Assembly: GCA_964016885.1 (NCBI GenBank)
Contig: OZ024743.1
Location: 171,244,001 to 171,308,000 of the forward strand
Source of the DNA: Eledone cirrhosa
Taxonomy: Eukaryota
DNA length: 64,000 nt
Reading direction: 5' to 3'
Positions 32,400 to 47,860 of this stretch are shown piece by piece. Within the stretch, counting starts at the first letter, position 1; every line of letters begins with the position of its first letter. The notes beneath the pieces are model-generated. The model ran no database searches and was not told where the DNA came from. It saw only the letters and a list, made by a program, of their open reading frames with translations. Made by a program: the position numbers and the translations under genes.

Positions 32400-33620
32400 A
32401 TACTAGCAGCAGGACCCGGCGTTGCACGGGGTAGGAAACGTGAAATAGCATCACGCATATGAAAAGATTGAGGAATGTAACTGTGTACTTTATGAATTCC
32501 CTTATTCCCAGGGAATGATTGTTCATCTACTGGCAACGTAGAACACCAGCAGGCCCAAATCATGAAACGTCTGCATGCATGTGCAAAATTTGAAGAAAAT
32601 CAGCTGGACACTCTTTAAGCGTACATAATCTTATTATTTTTCTTCTATTTGGAGAAAATTGGTTAGGTACTTTTCGAGTTTTATAGATTCGCACCCAGTC
32701 ATCCAGACAGACATCATCAGTTATGTCTATTGCACCTGCATGCATACCGTGCAGAGTAAAGCCTGCAATGCTTGAGTAAGACATGTGATGCAACCACACA
32801 GCATGTTGGACCTTCCCTACAGGAAGTAAATCTACCCAATCTGATATAGACCGAACTGATATACCGGATGCCGAACGCTTCGAAGTTACTATTGGGGTCA
32901 CCATTAACAATTTCAAGTGGGGTGTCACCACTGAATTAGCACAACCGCTGTTCGGCGTACTTGCGCAGGGCGTTCATACTGCGGTGTAGGTGCAACAAAA
33001 GGGGTCTTAGTAGAAGTATCACAGACGTGAGTTTTACGGTGTTAATAACACAGCAACGTACACAGGGCCCGGATTTGCGCGTGATGAAAGCACGAAGCTT
33101 CAACTGGGCGCCGACAAAAATTTTAAGGTCTTCTTCATTTCCTCAATCTCCCGAAAATGGTCCTGCTTAAAAGTAAGTAAATGTTGTGTCCTCTGTTAAA
33201 TAAACCAAATTTTTAACGAAATATTATACGCTACTTACAATGTTTAAGTAGCGTTTTTATTAAAAATGAAAGTGGCATTTAATGCCCAATGCTAATTCAT
33301 AAATTTTCTAGAAACCATTAATGGAATCGGAAATCGTTTTTGTCCACAGCAATGCGAGGGGACTAACTAATGTGTGCTGCAAATTTCGAGGAAATCGGCT
33401 GGATTATCTTTAAGTTACGCCTCAAAAAAGCCAAAAAATGCCTTAAAAGTGCGGTTTTTCGCCTAGGGCAGAAAAGATTGCATTCTTTTTAGCTCATTGC
33501 ACTTCAAAAACTATAAGTAGTGCAGGTGTAAAGTTTGAAAAATATCGGTCGGGTACTTCTCGAGTTTTAGTGATTTACACAGACAGACATCCTCTGTTTT
33601 ACACACACACATATATATAT
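32400..33620. mobile_element. Helitron-like non-autonomous element
   Basis: End motif TACTAGCAGCAGGACCCGGCGTTGCACGGG (hairpin); repeated AAATTT..GAAAATCGG-like motifs; other end CAGACAGACATCCTCTGTTT. Confidence 0.55.
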
Positions 33621-33935
33621 AACGCGAGTGTATTAGAATTCGTAGGAAAATGTAAAAACTGGGCGTAAGGAAACTGTTGAAACAGCGAAATGCCATCGAA
33701 GCGGCGTTGGGTAAAACATAACCTTGAAGGACAGAAATCAGCGGTTCGGTGTTAATTGATAGGAAGGAACAAATAGAATGGAAGAGAAGAGATCACAAAC
33801 ATTAAAATACGCTCATCAGATTTCAGACCACCTGCAGTTTCAACTATTTACCTGAAATTACTGCAAAGAATAGGTGGATCGAACAACGGAGAAATAAATA
33901 TCTTCGTTGGTATAATATTTGCGTTGGGACAGGTC

Positions 33936-34029
<94 letters not shown>

Positions 34030-36344
34030 GGAGTGCGTCCAAACGACCATTCTATTTCTTCCTTCCTATCATTTCTTCGAGTCAATTCACATCGAGCCGC
34101 TGATTTCTGTCCTTCGAGGTAATGCTTTCGTATATATATACGAAGTATATATGAGGCACTTTGAAGTGTCTTTCAAATTAGCTCTCAAGCATTTTAAAGA
34201 ATTTCCAAAAATTTTTTATTCCAATATTGTCCACCCAAAGCAGCTGAACTGAACTGCACGAAGATATGGAGCAAATATTTCATGATCTGTTTGCTCTGTG
34301 AGTCCCTGAATGGATTGTCAACCCTCCATTGACATAGGTGGAGAAGAGAGTGGAGAGTTGGAAAGGGAGATGATAACTCTTCAAAATGACATTCTTAAAT
34401 TCTGCAAGTGCTATCAAGAATTTCAGCTTCAAAAGCCTATCCGTGACCGCTATCCGGAGGGTTGGAGGAAAGTCAAATTGTTCTTCATTCCCTTTCCAAC
34501 ATCATATTTAGTTGAGAGAGAATTCAGTGCGTTCACCTATCTTCTTACAAAGCAGGGGAGCAAGCTCTGAATTACGGAACGTGGAGATCTTAGACAATTC
34601 AGCCTGAGATTGAGAGGCTACTTTCACTTCACCAAACTCATCCTTCTCATTGAACCCCCTCCCTAAGAACCTATCTGGGTGGGCTGTTTTAATGGTATAC
34701 TATTGACTTCTCCAATATATGTTGTAAATTTGTGCATTTTTTTTATTTAGTAAGAATATATTTATGTATGAAGAAAGGTCTCTTTTTTTTTTACTGTGGA
34801 ATGGGGATGTTATGAATTTATTATTTATAATATATAGTATTGTATGCATATGATATAATAATATATTAAATATCAAATGATACATATTATATATAAATAT
34901 AGTAAAAAAAAAAATTTATATATACATAGTATATATTATATTATTTATCATATATAAATTAATGATTTTATTTATTAAAATATGAATTAACGATTTTATT
35001 TATTATATATTATTTACGATTTGCATGTAGGCAGATATCTCTGGAAACAGGGATGGGGTGGGTGCCGCTGAGCGTATTACGTAGCCGTGAGGGGTGCGGT
35101 GGTCTACAATGTTTGAGAACCTCTGTTCTAGACCATCACAGCACCCAATGATAATAAAAGGACGGGGTGTCTTCTATCATAGTCATCGGTTTACTAAATA
35201 CCATGTGAGTAATATTGTGTGGAAGCTCATCAGAAGGATTGTTCTCATTCTTGAATGACTTTATTTGTTGCCTGGTTAAATACCCCCACTTGGCGTTTGA
35301 ATGCCTTTAATAGAGTTCATTCTTGTAAACACTCGGACGAAGTATCCAGTTTAAGAATAGCGTCCTTTCTTCCTCTCACCAGTTTTGGCGATGAATGCAG
35401 AAAATGGACATGGAAGCTGCTTTTCTTCATCCGACCCAAATGTTTAAAATATCGTTGCTATTTCTACAATCATGATAATGACAACAGCGTGTGTTTGTGT
35501 GCAGTGTTGTGTGCGTACGCGCGCGCGTGTGTATGCAATGTTGTGGAGTATGTGAAGTGTGTAGTGTGCATGTGTGTGCAGTGTTGTAAAGTATGTGTGT
35601 GCAATGTTGTGGAGTATATGTAGTGTGTAAGTGTTGTGTTCAGTGTTTTGGAGTATGTGTAGTGTGCATGTATGTGTGTACAGTGTTGTGGAGAATATGT
35701 AGTTTGTATGTGTGTGCTTACTGATGTGGAGTATGTGTATTGTGTGTGTATGATGTGTGTGTTGCTGTGTATATACTGTGTGTTGTGTGTATGCTGTTTT
35801 TTGTGTGTATTCTGGGTATGTTTGTATTCGTACATGTATGTGTGAGTTTGTCTGTGTGTTATGTATGAGTGCGCTCTGCACGTTAACATTCGTGCCAATG
35901 TGTGTGAGTGAGTGTGTGTGTGTGCGCGTGAGCATGTTTGTATTTGTGCATGTGTGTGAGTGTGTGTATCGAACATTACTTACCTGTTCCATCTGATATT
36001 GGCTGTTGATGTATGTAGTTACACTGGAAATGATTTCTTTTAACGAGAACGTTTCCATGAATGAACTGCACAAAACAAAAACAAAAGAGCGAGAAAAAGA
36101 TAATAGCTCATGGTTTTGTCAATGTTATGCAACTCTACCAAAATATATTCGACTCTTCCATTACCAGCAAAGTGGAATGGTCCATTTGATACATGACATG
36201 ATAAAAATGAAGGCGGCTAATTGTCTGGTTTCAAATCCTGTTGAAGTCAACTTTGATTTTCATCTTTTCAATCAAGATCAGTAAATAAAGTACCAGTCTA
36301 CTATTGTGATTGATTTTTCCTCTGTCACTCTCTAGCAGAAATCG

Positions 36345-36535
36345 GCTGCGTTCCGACTTGGAGAGAGATGGACTCCATCAGGAGCTAAGGACCTTTAAAA
36401 GGCTCAAAACATGGTGTGTGTCATGACAACACCACCTAGAACTCCACCAGGAGATAAGGGCCTTTAAAACGCTCAAGACATATTGTGTCATGACTGCACT
36501 TACGGATCCATCAGGAATTAAGGGCCCTTAACTCC
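36345..36535 (+). repeat. Short tandem repeat, ~70-bp unit, about 2.5 copies
   Basis: CCATCAGGA..TAAGGG.CCTTTAA recurs at ~36375, 36444 and 36508. Confidence 0.6.
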
Positions 36536-37619
36536 TTTTTGGTAAAAATAAAAGCGAATTTTCCATCTTCTATTACCCAACACAACCTGCTGCTTAGCTC
36601 CACTTTCTATAATGTTTAAGGGATAAGAGACAAATCTTCCTATCGATAAAACAGATTGTTCTAAGTAAGGAGCTGATAAAGAACCAGTTAGGTATTCTTA
36701 GGTAGACGTAGTCAAGTATGAGTTAACTCTCCACGGACACAAAATTGTGCTGTCGAGTCAACCATAAAGTTTGTATGTGGTCTGCCGACATGCTAGAAGC
36801 AAGAACAACATTTTCCTATACCACACCTAATAGATAGGAAGAATGAGTTATGGCTGGACCATATTTGCCCATAGGTTCGCTTTATTACGGCTGTACTAGG
36901 TCTAAACAACAACATCTAAGAATTGTCTCGATTTAGAATGGTCAACCGCTATCCTGTTCATTTAATCAGGGCCCGGGGTACTTCATATTTGGGGAGGCCA
37001 CTCTCATACACAAGAAATTAGAATACACACAAAATCCCAATTTTACATATCAAAGTCAGCTTGCTAAAAGTAATTGGATTTGAAAAGTTATACATACAGG
37101 TATTAAATAAAAAAAAGAATTCAACCATCCCGAGTTTACGTCCACTGTCCACACTGGTTGTCGCAGTCCGAGACCAGACATATCGGAGCAACCACATCTT
37201 GGTCATACATTAAATATTCAGCATGGTTTCTATGGCTGGAAAACCTTCCTAACATAACTACTTTAGAGTGTTTACTAGGTGCATTGCTTTTGCAATACCA
37301 GCACAACCACTTTACACAGCGTCATCAAATATTTTTTTTATTAGAATATTGTTCTGATAACAACCTGATGTCTTTGAAGTTGAGAAAATTAAATAGTTTC
37401 TATTAAAAGTATTTTTCTCGCTGTCAAAGGGATAAAACAAAAATAGACAAGCAATAGGTACAAATAAATTGCTACAGCCTTAGCTGGTGCCCCCTCTCCG
37501 CAGGGAAGGGGGCAATTGCCTCCTTTGTCCCCCATTAAATCCGGCCCTTCAATTAACCACCGTGCTCTCTTAAAGACGCCGTGCCGATGACATTCATGGT
37601 ATTACATGGTTTCGATGAT

Positions 37620-37870
37620 GAGTGTTCCAGGTGTTTGACCAACGGAACTGCTTGCTCATGAATTAACACACGTAGCTTATATGTAATTCTTATGGAGATC
37701 CAGCATAACGCAGTGTGTGATAAGGCTAGCACTTTGAATTACGCGTAAAGTTCGCCCGGTGGGCTTCCAAATAGTTTCCGTCTACCGAATTTCACTCACA
37801 AGAAATGAGTCGACCAAAGGTTATGGTAAATGACACTTGCCCAAGATGTCAAACGGTAGGATCGGATTAC
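37620..37870 (-). mobile_element. Second SINE family relic
   Basis: GTTTCCGTCTACC..ATT.CACTCACAAG...GACACTTGCCCAAG resembles SINE core sequence; recognised from memory only. Confidence 0.4.
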
Positions 37871-39629
37871 GGATATATACAAGTACATGTGGTGTACATG
37901 CTGTGTTGCATGTAACAGAACAGAATCAAAATAATTATAAATTGAATGGATTAGGCTATTTCAAAAGGGTAGGTCCATGCTAACCGACCTACCTATGACA
38001 CCTCACTTTTCTAGCTTGGGACATCTATACTACACACATTAGATGGAGATCATAGAAAGTTGTTATACATGCCTCATACATTTATACATTACATAATGAT
38101 GTTCATGAGTCAAGATAAACCGTATGACTTGGAGAGAAGATGAATCTTATGTTTAGGGATTATCACTTTGTCTGAGAGAGAGGGAAGATATATATATGTA
38201 TATATGAAACAAAAAATAAAGGTTTTTATTTCAGACGAAGGGACAGCGCTCCGAAACATCAGCTCCATCTTCTGCTCGCATCATACGAACACACCCAAAC
38301 TTAGAAACTTCCCAGTATAACATGTACTGATGCATACCATTATATGTTGCCTCTCATTGCCTTTTTTCATACACGCATGGGCAAACCTTTTCACTCACTC
38401 AAACAAGACACAAGAACATTTTACAGATTTTCTTTCTTTATAGACAACCACAATCCCACTCAAAATAAACACGTGTGTATATCTGTATACGTATGTGCAT
38501 CATTGTGTATTTACACATATACACAAGCACACACAAAATAACACACATGTATACACACAAGAAACTTTTACATATTTTCCCCTGCATATACAACGACAAA
38601 CACATAAGATATATTCATTTATTTACCCGTATACGTCTGTGCATGAGTGTGTATGTGTAAATGTGTGGTGTATGTGTGTGTATGTCTGCGCACATGCATG
38701 TAAGAGTGAATGTTTGTAAGAGTGAACATGTAAGTTTGTGTACGTGTCTATGAATGTATGCATGTATGCCTGTATGTATGTATGCATGTATGTATTACAA
38801 AGGGCAGAAGAACTCATAAGAGTCAATGGCCATCCAAAAATGTGTAAGTATGTATATACACTTGTACATACGTATGTATATATGTATATATGTATATGTA
38901 TGTGTGCATGTGTATGTATATGCGCGGGGACATAGAAATAGTCGGGTTGGATACCTAATCGCGCAGTTAAACCACTGGGAGTGAAGGACCCCTAGACTTT
39001 GTCAGGCCATTCTTCGAGGAGAAGGCAACTCAGGAAACTGGGATAACTCCGACATAAAACCTGCGGCTCAGTAGTTACCGATGATGTTGATATTTTTTCT
39101 TTTCGGGTTATAGCTACTGTCACTGAGAGAGTGGGATTGGCTCAGTGCACAGTCTTTCCTCACTTTAAATAAAATCTTCCCACACAGGCATTGTATGATA
39201 GAATTAATTAATAATTATTAATAATGTTATATCGTGCAATGGCCATACTCGATAACGAGGGGGCAGCCATCATGTATGTATGTATGTATGCATTCATACA
39301 TGTACGTACGTATGCATGTGTGTATGGATGTGTGTGTGTATACATTTGCGCACATGTGTATATCAGCAAGTTTGTGTTAAAGTCTCTATGTATGTATGTT
39401 CTGGTTTTATAATTTTATAAATTGTTACCAATAGAGAGAGAGAGAGTTGGTTTCTAACATAGATACAGATACAAGACTCTCTCACTGGAATTTAAACAAC
39501 ATCAACTAGGTATATATGTCTGTATGTCTGCATGCATGTGTATGCATGCATGGATGTTATTGTATGTGTGGATGTGGATGTTTTGAGTTATGTGCACATG
39601 CTTTGCATCTGTACATGTGCACATGCAGT

Positions 39630-39832
39630 TATTAGATGCAAAATTCTTGGAATGTTTTACATATTTTTACTGTTCCATTGATGGATTTTATTTGTAATTT
39701 CCTAACTAGTCGTGTTGTTTCAAATTCTGTGAAGCCCAGCTTCTCAAGATTTGTACTGAAGCAGTTACTAACATATCACAGTTCCCCTATAAACACAGGT
39801 ATATATCTGAAGGTATAGTCAGGGTGGAGTAA
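39630..39832 (-). mobile_element. 3' end of a restriction-like-endonuclease (R4/NeSL-type) non-LTR element
   Basis: LHPDYTFRYIPVFIGEL*YV..CF..NLEKLGF...LVRKLQIKSINGTVKICKTF; abuts (TATG)n. Confidence 0.55.
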
Positions 39833-40199
39833 ATGTATGTATGTATGTATGTATGTATGTATGTATGTATGTATGTATGTATGTATGTATGTATGTATGT
39901 ATGTATGTATGTGAGTGTATGTTAGTGTATGTTTATGTATGCATGTGTGTGGGTGTCTGTGTATGAGCGGAAATATAGAACTTACGATGATAGTATTTCT
40001 TGCCATTTGCTAAGAATGAATTGAAGTGTTATGATTCTTCCGAGGTTGTTCTTGGCAAAGTAATTGAAAATAAGATGAACGTCTTGTTGTCTCACTTTGC
40101 TGCTATCAAACGCCCAGTTGATATACCTGATATGGTAGAAGATAATGAGGAGTTGGATACAGTAGATTTTAAGGGTACAAGTTAGAACATAACGAGAAA

Positions 40200-40288
<89 letters not shown>

Positions 40289-40769
40289 AAAGAATAGAGT
40301 TGTAACACACAAGTTATTATATATTGGTAAACGGAATAGAAAATGCTGACAAATTGTTCACAGTTGAAAAATGGTTTAATTAGGAATAAAAGAGTATTAG
40401 TAATTGTATGGGTTAGTATTCAGTTGTGGTTTTAAGTTTTTAAGTTTTTACCGGTTGCGCATTTCTAAATGCTTTTCAAAAATAATTTTAAGATAGAGTG
40501 TCCGTGTTGTTTGCTCTGATCTGATTAGTTTTGGGAATTCTACCTGTTTTTATGTTAACAAAGTGGCTCCAGCGCTACTTTGGTGTTGCAAAAATTCTTG
40601 TGGTCAAAACAATTTTGATTGGTCGGTAGAGGTCATGTGAATGTAAAAAATTGATTTTGCGCCAAGACTGTTTTTATGTTAAAAAAGTGGCTCCAGCGCT
40701 ACTTGGTGTTTGCAAAAATTCTTGTGGTCAAAACAATTTTGATTAGTCGGTAAAGATGAGTTATGTATT

Positions 40770-41745
40770 ACAATTTATATATATATTTAAACGTTGAGTC
40801 AATCTATGTTTGCAAGAACTGAAAAGATTATTTCTTAAATTAACAGAATTTTTACTTTTTAATATAAAGAATATTTCCTCTATACAAAGAGCACAATTTT
40901 CAGAAGAAGCATTGAATGGAGGAGCTTTGGAGATAATATTCCAAGTAAAGAATAGTTAGTGTTCTTTGATTTTAGGTCCCATAGTAAATTAGATAGAGAA
41001 GCTGAAGATTTTTTTTTATTTATATTCGTAAAAGAGCATTTATGTTTATTAAAACGAGACTTAAAATCTGTGGAGGTAGAGCCTACATAATTCAATGAAT
41101 TTAAATTAGTTTTTACATTACAATTATATACTATATTTTTAACTAACCAATTATTATTTAACGGACAGTTAGATTTATTTCTACAGTTACATTTATCAAA
41201 ATTTGAATTTCTATGTGCCGTATTATTCAGTTGGATATTGCTGGGGTTATTAATGATATTCTGGTTAGGTTTTAAGTTCCTATTATTAATTCTATTAATA
41301 TTCTGTGCTAAATTACTGGTGGTTGAATACGTTAATTTTATAGTATGTCTATTAAATATTGAGTAATACCTATGTATTCTAGGGAAGCATTTATCTAGAG
41401 CTTTAAAGAATAATTTAGCAATAGGAGTTTTAATACTTAATGAGAAAGGAGGAGCGAACCATAATATATTCCTAGTTCTATTTCTTTTTTTGTTTATCGA
41501 ATTATTGTAAGGTTTTCTATTATAGTTGTTAAAATTATAGTTATTTGTCATATCATTACTATCAATGTATTTAATTTTATTACTATATCCAGCTCTACCT
41601 AACGCTTCGTTAAAATATTACGCTTTATCTTCAAAAATATTCTTATTAGCTGAAATTCTAGAAATACGTTGCTGCACAGAGTTTACTATAGTGTTTTTAA
41701 CGGATCTGGGGTGATTGGAATTAAAATTAACGTAGTTTAATATGC
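40770..41745 (-). mobile_element. PLE RT C-terminus and GIY-YIG (WFAPPF, CNCR..CPL)
   Basis: ORF 40880..41551; an inverted RT piece follows at 41745-41955 (+). Confidence 0.8.
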
Positions 41746-42244
41746 TATTACTTATAGAAAATAATAATAACTGTGAAATAAATAGGAAAAGAAAAGAAAT
41801 TATACAGTTTTTTAATTACCTTAATCTTAAAGTAGAAATAAAGAATAATTATAAAATAGTTAACTTTCTAGATCTAACTTTAAACCTTAGCACAGGTCTT
41901 TATTATCCATTTCACAAAATAAACGAGAACTTAAACTACATTAATTTTAATTCACGTATCCATCTTACGATACTCATCCACGCTATATTTATTTCTTCGC
42001 CTCTTGTCTCAAAATTACGCTATTCTCTCTCACTAAAATATACTCAGGTTTTTTCTCTTTCTTTTCTCCTTTTCCCCTATTCCAACGGCTTAATTTAAAT
42101 ATACTGTTTTTAAACCCTTCCAACACTAATTTGCATAATAAATTAACAATAAATCTAATAACTCCACTATCCAGGAGATTCCAACCAGAATGGTTGCATT
42201 TTTTAAGGGTATGCAATATTTATTTATAAAACTAACCTATATTA

Positions 42245-42310
42245 TATTTTATCTGATGAATGCGCACCATAGTTTGCTCGGGTGGCCCTTGAAATATGTA
42301 TAATGAAATA
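42245..42310 (+). ncRNA. Type I hammerhead ribozyme (stem II partly decayed)
   Basis: TATTTTAT-CTGATGA..CACC/GGTG..GAAA-TA-TG-TA-TA-ATGAAATA. Confidence 0.65.
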
Positions 42311-42424
42311 AATATGGTTTTATAAATATAGTTTCCATTTGTTAATATATTGTATATTTACTCCAATAATTTGTTGAGTGCTTTATATCAGTTATAAAAA
42401 TATTTTGCTTGTTGTATCTATCTA

Positions 42425-42539
<115 letters not shown>

Positions 42540-42599
42540 TCCTTGGTACAGTTAGGTATATTTGAAAAAAAGAAAAGAATGACTTTGATTTAATTTTAT

Positions 42600-42776
42600 A
42601 ATTGTTTCTACTTTTGGCACAAGGCCAGCAATTACCCAGTGCATTACTGGTACTTTATTTTATCGACCCCGTAAGGATGAAAGGCAAAGTTAACCTCGGC
42701 GGCATTTGAACTCAGAATGGCAAAGGCCATAACTCTATACGTCAAAGCATGGCGTCCGACCCTCTACCGATACTGC
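42600..42776 (-). mobile_element. tRNA-derived SINE
   Basis: Same family as 4816. Confidence 0.85.
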
Positions 42777-42989
42777 GATTTCATTTTATAATATTATAAT
42801 ATTAATATTATAATATAAAATTAAATCAAATTATTTACAACTACAAGGGAAGTTATTCCTTTCCTTTTTTTTTCAAATATATATATATATATATATTTGA
42901 AAAAAAAAAGGAAAGGAATAACTAAATATTTTACCCTGTGTGAAGTATTAAGGTATTAGTTAATTTATTTTCATATATATATATCTATA

Positions 42990-43034
<45 letters not shown>

Positions 43035-43171
43035 ATAAATTAACTTATACCTTAATACTTCACACAGAGTAAAATATTTTGTTTTAAACATTTTCTAACC
43101 CAGAAAAAAGAGAGAAAAATAAAAGGAAAAAAAAAAATTTTTCTTCCTAATAATCGTCTTTTTCTCCCTAT

Positions 43172-43254
<83 letters not shown>

Positions 43255-43655
43255 TAAACGGAATAGAAAATGCTGACAAATTGTTCACAGTTGAAAAATG
43301 GTTTAATTAGGAATAAAAGAGTATTAGTGATTGTATGGGTTAGTATTCAGTTGTGGTTTTAAGTTTTTAAGTTTTATGAAAAAATCGAATAATGTACACC
43401 ATTTTACCAGGGGGAAAAAATACTGGTCCACCCACACACACATATATACACACACACATACACACGCGTACATTAACATACAAAGAGACTTATACACACA
43501 CACACACACGCACTTCTCCGTATAAGACAAAAGCTGAAAAATATCTTTTGACATGCTAAAATAACCCCATTGCTTTGAGACACATTCTTACTGACCATCC
43601 CTGCTACCACGAATTACTCTGCTATACACACATACACACACACACACACACACGC

Positions 43656-43701
<46 letters not shown>

Positions 43702-43764
43702 ATCTTAATAACCATTTGACACACATCCCTGCTAACCATTATCACAACATCGAACACCTTACTA

Positions 43765-43806
<42 letters not shown>

Positions 43807-44440
43807 ACACACACACACATATTTGTTGTGAAAGAGTCATTTCTCAATCTTGGCGCAAAACCAATTTTTTGTTCACATGACCTCTACCGACCAATCAAAA
43901 TTGTTTTGACCGCAAGAATTTTTGCAAACACCAAGTAGCGCTGGAGCCACTTTTTTAACATAAAAACAGTCTTGGCGCAAAATCAATTTTTTACATTCAC
44001 ATGACCTCTACCGACCAATCAAAATTGTTTTGACCACAAGAATTTTTGCAACACCAAAGTAACGCTGGAGCCACTTTTTTAACATAAAAACAGGTAGAAT
44101 TCCCAAAACTAATCAGATCAGAGCAAACAACACGGACACTCTATCTTAAAATTATTTTTGAAAAGCATTTAGAAATGCGCAACCGGTAAAATCTTAAAAA
44201 CTTAAAACCACAACTGAATACTAACCCATACAATGACTAATACGCTTTTATTCCTAATTAAACCATTTTTCAACTGTGAACAATTTGTCAGCATTTTCTA
44301 TTCCGTTTACCAATATATAATAACTTGTGTGTTACACCTCTATTCTTTTAACTATATATATATATATTAGAAAGTGAGGTTTTTTTTACAAAATGAAAAA
44401 TAACCGAGGTGTCCTACACGAGTGAAAGTATAAAGAAAAA

Positions 44441-44698
44441 GAGATGAAATCGAAAATGCAACTGGAGTCTTATTTTTTTTTAAAATATATATATTTATTT
44501 AGTTCCTTTACCGGTTTCGCAGTTCTTCTGCTTTTCAAAAGGTGAGTTGAGATGGAGGGTCTGTGGTTTTTCTCACAGACCCTCCATCTCAACTCACCTT
44601 TTGAAAAGCAGAAGAACTGCGAAACCGGTAAAGGAACCAAATAAATATATATATTTAAAAAAAAAATAAGACTCCAGTTGCATTTTCGATTTCATCTC
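44441..44698. repeat. ~125-bp-arm palindrome carrying two mirror HHRs (44597-44634 +, 44505-44542 -)
   Basis: Centre CTGTG-GTTTTTCT-CACAG; CCTT-TTGAAAA-GCAG-AAGAA-CTGC-GAAA-CCG-GTA-AAGG. Confidence 0.85.
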
Positions 44699-44723
44699 TA
44701 TTTCTATATATATATATATATAT

Positions 44724-44903
44724 AATTGTTTCTACTTTAGGCACAAGGCCAGCAAATTACCCAGTACATTACTGGTACTTTATTTTATCGGCCCGGTAAG
44801 GATGAAAGGCAAAGTTAACCTCGGCGGGATTTGAACTCAGACTGTAAAGGGACGTAACTATGCTAGAAAGCATGGCGTCCAACCCTCTACCGATACTGCC
44901 AAT
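44724..44903 (-). mobile_element. tRNA-derived SINE
   Basis: Same family as 4816. Confidence 0.85.
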
Positions 44904-45042
44904 ATATATATAATGTCCTGAGTTTCTGAAGAATAGAGCAAGGAAAAAAAAAAGAAAAGAGCCAAGATCTCAACACAAATGCATGCTATACCCTATGCTG
45001 GATGCATTTGTGTTGAGATCTTATTCATATATATATATATCG

Positions 45043-45605
<563 letters not shown>

Positions 45606-45610
45606 AGTGA

Positions 45611-45696
<86 letters not shown>

Positions 45697-45727
45697 ATGT
45701 ATGTATGGATATATATATATATATATA

Positions 45728-46563
45728 TAAATCAGGAAAGAAGGTTTACATGGTTTGCTATACAAAAAAGTTTTTAATCACATAGCTTACATTTGTTTCA
45801 CTGAACTGGTGTGTCTAGAGATCGCTATCCGCCTAATTTTGCGTCACTCGATCGCCAATACAGAATTATAACCAGTCAGATCTTCGGAGCATGCGAGAAT
45901 GAAGAAAATACACAGGCAAGAAAAGAAAAGAAAATATGGAGTAGTTATGGCATTCAATTAGAACAATAACAACAACAATTATTACAACAATGCTATCAAT
46001 AAACTATTTAAGGAGACCCTGACATTACTTAGGTGGGGGGTATATAATGTATCTAATGTTACGGCGTGAAAACCAGCTGTCATAAGGCAAAAAGTATCGT
46101 AGTGTGTATCAATTTTAAATTATAAAGATAAGCTAGTTTTTACAGTCTTTTTACTAGCTTATCTTTATAATTTAAAATTGATACACACTACGATACTTTT
46201 TGCCTTATGACAGCTGGTTTTCACGCCGTAACATTAGATACATTATATACCCCCCACCTAAGTAATGTCAGGGTCTCCTTAAATAGTTTATTGATAGCAT
46301 TGTTGTAATAATTGTTGTTGTTATTGTTCTAATTGAATGCCATAACTACTCCATATTTTCTTTTCTTTTCTTGCCTGTGTATTTTCTTCATTCTCGCATG
46401 CTCCGAAGATCTGACTGGTTATAATTCTGTATTGGCGATCGAGTGACGCAAAATTAGGCGGATAGCGATCTCTAGACACACCAGTTCAGTGAAACAAATG
46501 TAAGCTATGTGATTAAAAACTTTTTTGTATAGCAATCCATGTAAACCTTCTTTCCTGATTTAT
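45728..46563. repeat. ~410-bp-arm near-perfect palindrome carrying mirror HHRs (46397-46509 +, 45781-45893 -)
   Basis: Arms 45728-46137 / 46152-46563; GCT-CCGAAGA-T-CTGACTGGT...ACCAGTTCAG-T-GAAA-CA-AA-TG-TA-AGC. Confidence 0.85.
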
Positions 46564-46749
46564 TATTACTCCAAGTGTTTACAACATAGGAATTACAGCA
46601 TACCCGCAGCATCACTATGAAAACGCCTTGTTGAGTCAAACCAAGCCAAGCGTTAATATCATCCACTACCTGGAATACCATAACTGGACTTCACCTAAGT
46701 GGACTGCATTTAACTATTATTTGTTAATCCGTATATATATATATATATC

Positions 46750-46851
<102 letters not shown>

Positions 46852-46875
46852 TGTGTGTGTATATATATATATATA

Positions 46876-46927
<52 letters not shown>

Positions 46928-46933
46928 GATATA

Positions 46934-46965
<32 letters not shown>

Positions 46966-47693
46966 GCTATATATATATATGCAAAATTAGAACTTTCGAA
47001 GTGAAGAGGGATCATGAAGTTCATAGGAAATGTAGTATACTCAGACGCAGAAAATAACTGTAAATACAAACATTTGCTATATAAATAGCTTCGAAAATAG
47101 ATGGCAAAAAGTTGCCAGAGGCCATTACTAGGAATCAAACCTCATATCTCTCATATACCGGCTTTCTGTTTTAGCTTATGACAACATCTTACCGTCCAAA
47201 TTAGGAAGCTGAATGAAACGGCTTTGAACCTGTAAACAAATATCGTATGCAAAGTTCGATCTTTTGGCACGCCGAGCGATTGTCAATGGTTAGAGCATCT
47301 ATTCAGTATCTGAGAGATATGAGGTTCGATTACTCGTAGCAGCCGCCGGCAAATTTTTTCACTATAAGTGGTCTTTACCGGATAATCTAAGCTATTTCAG
47401 GATACTGCTGTAAGTGACAGATATATAAGTCTCTTAGCTTCATATCTTCTTGTGGTTGCTTAGATATACATATCTTTTGATGCGAATACTCAAATGTTTG
47501 AATATCAATTTAAGATATTTATCTTTTTTCCAATTTACAGGGATGTGTGTAAAATGTGGTAGTGTAAATTTATATACACATTTATGCACTTTTGGTTACC
47601 TCTGCATCGTATATATAGATACATAAATGTATCGTATAATTCGGATCCGTAGCACAACTTCTCCATAGGTTTATAAGGTGGTAAATTAGCTGA

Positions 47694-47749
<56 letters not shown>

Positions 47750-47785
47750 GCACGCGCACACACACACACAACCACACGCACACAC

Positions 47786-47860
<75 letters not shown>

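Larger units (their letters stand above)
30674..35125 (+). mobile_element. hAT (Charlie/Buster-type) DNA transposon relic with nested insertions
   Basis: TIRs CATAGGTTCTCAAA / TTTGAGAACCTCTG; 8-bp TSD TTCTAGAC at 30666 and 35126; transposase C-terminus FPTSYLVEREFS..LLTKQ..GDLR (~34310-34650). Confidence 0.88.

Noticed and set aside
35444-36073. His/Thr/Cys/Val-rich ORFs
   Set aside because: Degenerate (TG)n/(CA)n low-complexity sequence
36968-37547. Possible MITE with GGGCC(C)GG ends
   Set aside because: Terminal match is short and no TSD could be established
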